From: Amoebophrya sp. A120
Lineage: Eukaryota; Protista; Dinoflagellata
DNA: 64,000 nt
Assembly: GCA_905178155.1 (NCBI GenBank)
Contig: CAJINV010000013.1
Location: forward strand, 1,740,281 to 1,804,280
Direction of reading: 5' to 3'
Shown: piece after piece, positions 60,501-64,000 of the stretch
Position numbering within the stretch: the stretch's first letter is position 1
How the letters are laid out: each line of letters opens with the position of its first letter
Notes under the pieces: model-generated
Database searches by the model: none
The model's input: the letters and a program-made list of their open reading frames with translations, nothing else
What the model was told of the DNA's origin: nothing
Made by a program: the position numbers and the translations under genes

Positions 60501-63500
60501 TCGGCTCCTGCCTGTCCTGCCTGGATGCGGCGAGCTTCGGCTCCGGGCTGTCGCTCCGGAACTTCCTCCGCGTCGGCTCCGCGATCTCGATCTACGGGTT
60601 GAGCCGCATGGGAAGCAGCTGCAGTGTGCTGGACTTCGTGCATGTGGGGAGTTCTCTCTCCATCCGGTCCTTGTCCCGGTTAGGATCCGCGCTCTCTGTA
60701 TTCGGGATCACAAGATTGTCTAGCAGCATCTCGATCCTGGACTTCCTGTCGTGCGGCTCCGGTCTCTCCGCTCGCGCGTACGCCAGACTGGGATCCGCGA
60801 TGTCGGTGTATGGAACAATCCGACTCGGGTCGAGCATCTCTCTGATCGACTTCTTCCACATCGGAAGTGCGATTAGCTTGAGATCCTTCGCCAGGTGCGG
60901 CTCCTCCATGTCGCTGTACGGGTATGCGAGATTGGGTTCTTCCATGTCGATCCTGGACTTCGCACATTTGGGGTCGGGTTTGTCATCCCGGTCGTTCGGA
61001 CGGTTCGGCAGTTCCCTCTCCGTCTACGGCATCACGGTGTTCAGCTCGCAGATGAGCGTGCTCGACTATGCGCATTTCGGGTCCAGTCTGTCTGTCCGCA
61101 GCTACGTGCGGATGGGCTCCAGCCTGTCCGTGTTCGGGCTGCTGCGGTTCGGCTCCAGCATGAGCCTGCTCGACTACTTCAGCATCGGCAGCAGCTGCAG
61201 CTTGCGACACTGCGCGCGGTTCGGAAGCTCCATGAGCGTCTACGGCTTCACGAAGTACGGATCCGCTCTGTCCCTCCTCGACTTCATGTCGCTGGGCAGC
61301 AGCTGCTCGCTCCGCAACTTCGCAAGGCTAGGTTCGTCCTGCAGCGTGTTCGGCGTTGCGCGACTGGGATCTGGCATTTCCGTTCTGGATTTCATCCACT
61401 TCGGATCCTCCATGTCGGTGCGAAGCTACTCCAGACTCGGCTCCTCCATGTCGGTGTATGGTACCGCGCAGCTCGGGTCCTGCGTGTCGCTGTTGGATCT
61501 GCTCGAGATCGGATCTTCCTTCTCGTGCCGCTCGTACGTGCGACTCGGATCCTCGCTGTCCTTCTTCGGAATCGGGCGGCTCGGGTCCGCGATGTCGGTC
61601 TTAGATTTCGCGCACATTGGTTCCGGCTTGTCGCTGCGGTCGTTCATGCGCATGGGCTCGGCTTCCTCGGTGTACGGACTCGCGCGACTCGGCTCGCAGC
61701 TGTCCATGCTGGACTTCTGCAGTTTCGGCTCCAGCATGTCCGTGCGCGGCTTCATGCGGCTGGGAAGCTCGTTCTCCACCTACGGCATGGTCCGGATCGG
61801 CACGGCGATGTCCGCGTTGGACTTCATCAGTTTCGGCTCCACCATGAGCTTGCGGAAGATGGGAAGACTGGGCTCCTCGCTGTCCGTCTACGGCATGGGC
61901 CGGATGAGCAGTTCCATGTCCTTGCTCGACTGCCTGTGTATCGGCTCGTCGCTGTCCGCCCGGTCCTTCTTGCGGTTTGGAAGTGCGTGCTCGGTGTACG
62001 CGATGACCAGACTCGGGTCCTGCCTGTCCGTGCTGGATTGGGTGCACCTGGGCTCGTCCTTCAGCGTCCGCTCGTTCGCCCGAGTCGGGAGCAGCTTGTC
62101 CGTATTCGGCTGCGTGTTGATGTCGAGCTCCTTGTCGCTGCTCGACTGCGCACACTTGGGCTCGACGTTCTCCGTCCGGAACTTCGCGCGGTTCGGGTCG
62201 ACCTTGTCGACTTACGGTGTAGGCAGGCTCGGATCCAGCATGTCATTGCTGGATTTGCTGCATCTCGGATCTTCCGTTTCGGTGCGGGCTGCGTCCCGAT
62301 TGGGCTCCAGCTGCAGCGTGTATGGCATCAGCCTGTTCGGCAGCAGCGTGAGCTTGCTGGACTTCATGTCCATGGGCTCCGCGCTGTCCCTGCGGTCGTT
62401 CGCGAGGCTCGGATCCAGTCTGTCGGTGTTCGGCGTGACCAAGATGGGTTCGCTGCTGTCCTGCCTGGACTTCGTCACCTTCGGCAGTTCCTGCTCGATC
62501 CGCATGTTCAGCCGACTGGGAAGTTCCGCTTCAGTTTACGGCCTTGCAAGACTGGGCTCGGCGTTGTCGCTGCTCGACACGGTCTCGATCGGCAGCTCCT
62601 TGTCCGTCCGCACCTTCGCCCGGATGGGGTCCGCTGCCAGCGTGTACGGAATGGTCCGGTTCGGAAGTTCAATGTCTTTGCTGGACTGCTTCTGCATCGG
62701 ATCCACCATGTCCATGCGCAGCTACGCGCGCCTGGGGTCTTCGCTTTCCGTGTACGGAATCAGTAGACTCGGGTCCTGCGTTTCCATTCTGGACTACGTG
62801 AACATCGGGTCCGCTTTTTCGATCCGCGCGTTCAGCCGGTTCGGCTCCAGCTTCAGCCTGTTCGGCATTGGCAGACTCGGATCCTCCATGTCTGTGCTGG
62901 ACATGCTGTCGCTCGGCAGTTCCATGTCCACCCGCGGTTTCGCGAGATTAGGGTCCAGCCTCTCCGTCTACGGACAAGTCAGGTGCGGATCGGCGTTGAG
63001 CGTCTTGGACATGACTTACTTGCGTTCGTCCTTGTCCTTGCGTTCTCTCGCGCGGTTCGGCTCCAGCTGCAGTCTCTTCGGCGTCTGCAGAATCGGGTCC
63101 TGCCTGTCCATGCTCGACCAGGTGACTTTTGGTTCCAGCTTGAGTCTCCGCAGCATCGGCCGCATGGGAAGCAGCGTTTCCGTGTACGGAATCTCGCGGT
63201 TCGGATCCAGTTGCAGCATTCTTGACGCGGTCAGCCTCGGCTCCGCGCTCAGCTGCCGGTCATTCGCGCGCTGCGGCTCGAGTTTGTCCGTCTTCGGGAT
63301 GGTCAGGTTCGGAAGTAGTTTGAGCGTGCTCGACACCATCAGCTTCAGCAGCGCGTTCAGCATGCGAGGGTTTGCACGACTGGGATCTTCTTTGTCCGTG
63401 TTCGGCTGCGCGAGAATCGGCTCTTCTCTCTCCGGCTTGGACTGTGTCTCCCTCGGCAGCTCGCTGTCGATCCGCAGCTTCTCGCGGTTGGGTAGCAGCT

Positions 63501-64000
63501 TCTCCGTGTACGGTGTGGCGAAGGTCGGGTCGTGCCTGTCGTTGCTTGACGGTGCGTCGATCGGCTCGAGCTTCTCCATCCGGTCGTTCGCAAGACTCGG
63601 AAGCAGCTTGTCGATCTTCGGATTGGTGAACATGGCGAGCTCGCTGTCTTTGCTGGATCTCGCTTCCCTCGGTAGCTCGATCTCCTGCCGCAGTATCGCG
63701 CGGTTCGGATCCGGCCTTTCGCTGTACGGCACGACCAGATTGGGGTCCGCGATCTCGCTGGTTGACTTCGCGAACCTGGGCAGCTCCTTCTCCTGCCGCT
63801 CGTTCGCGCGGTTCGGAAGCACGATTTCGGTGTACGGCACGGTCAGACTCGGGTCGGCTTTGTCCGTTCTCGACTACGTGCTGTGCGGTTCCAGTTTCAG
63901 CGTCCGGTCCTTCAGCCGCTTGGGATCCTCTCTTTCCGTCTTCGGCTGCGGCAGACTTGGAAGCTCCTTGTCCCTGCTCGACATGTTGACGCTCGGTTCC
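45590..64000 (+). CDS. Giant 12/36-residue repeat protein (>6000 aa, 3' end outside window), predicted beta-helical fibre (exons 45590-47763, 47992->64000)
   Basis: Intron 47764-47991 preserves repeat register (YGMSR-FGSSLSLLD). The codon frame at 47993 equals that at 63962, and the ORF track shows no terminated ORF in that frame. Consensus GSSLSVYGxxRL-GSSLSVLDFxxL-GSSLSxRSFARL. Hydrophobic signal/anchor FFGKFLFAFFLFFQLFFLQADA at ~46570-46635. Confidence 0.92.

Noticed and set aside
47074-63989. Dozens of listed ORFs on both strands
   Set aside because: They are shadows of the single giant reading frame, which the track omits because it has no stop inside the window.

Overview
Eukaryotic nuclear DNA with GT-AG introns. 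Every gene I can support lies on the + strand. The apicortin-like gene, unidirectional gene order and inverted-repeat introns suggest an alveolate of the dinoflagellate/Syndiniales type (inference). Host genes: TMEM14-like, SDHAF4, apicortin/doublecortin-like, STIMATE/TMEM110-like, a TLC-like membrane protein, two DoxX-like paralogs, a large secreted/membrane protein and a divergent kinesin. Main finding: an 18.6-kb element (24546-43147) with 48-bp bipartite terminal inverted repeats and TTAA on both flanks (Kolobok-like ends). It carries about six mostly spliced orphan genes, one macrodomain-like, and no recognisable transposase. It sits inside a ~20-kb GT-AG intron that splits the second DoxX gene (22668-23258 joined to 43231-43437). 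Second finding: a giant gene (45590 to beyond 64000) with a >16-kb open exon encoding ~470 12-residue repeats, predicted to form a beta-helical fibre; the ORF track misses this exon. Also present: a 2.9-kb non-coding repeat element with palindromic subterminal motifs, introner-like inverted repeats, and a recurrent intron-associated motif TTTGT(G/C/A)ATGC.
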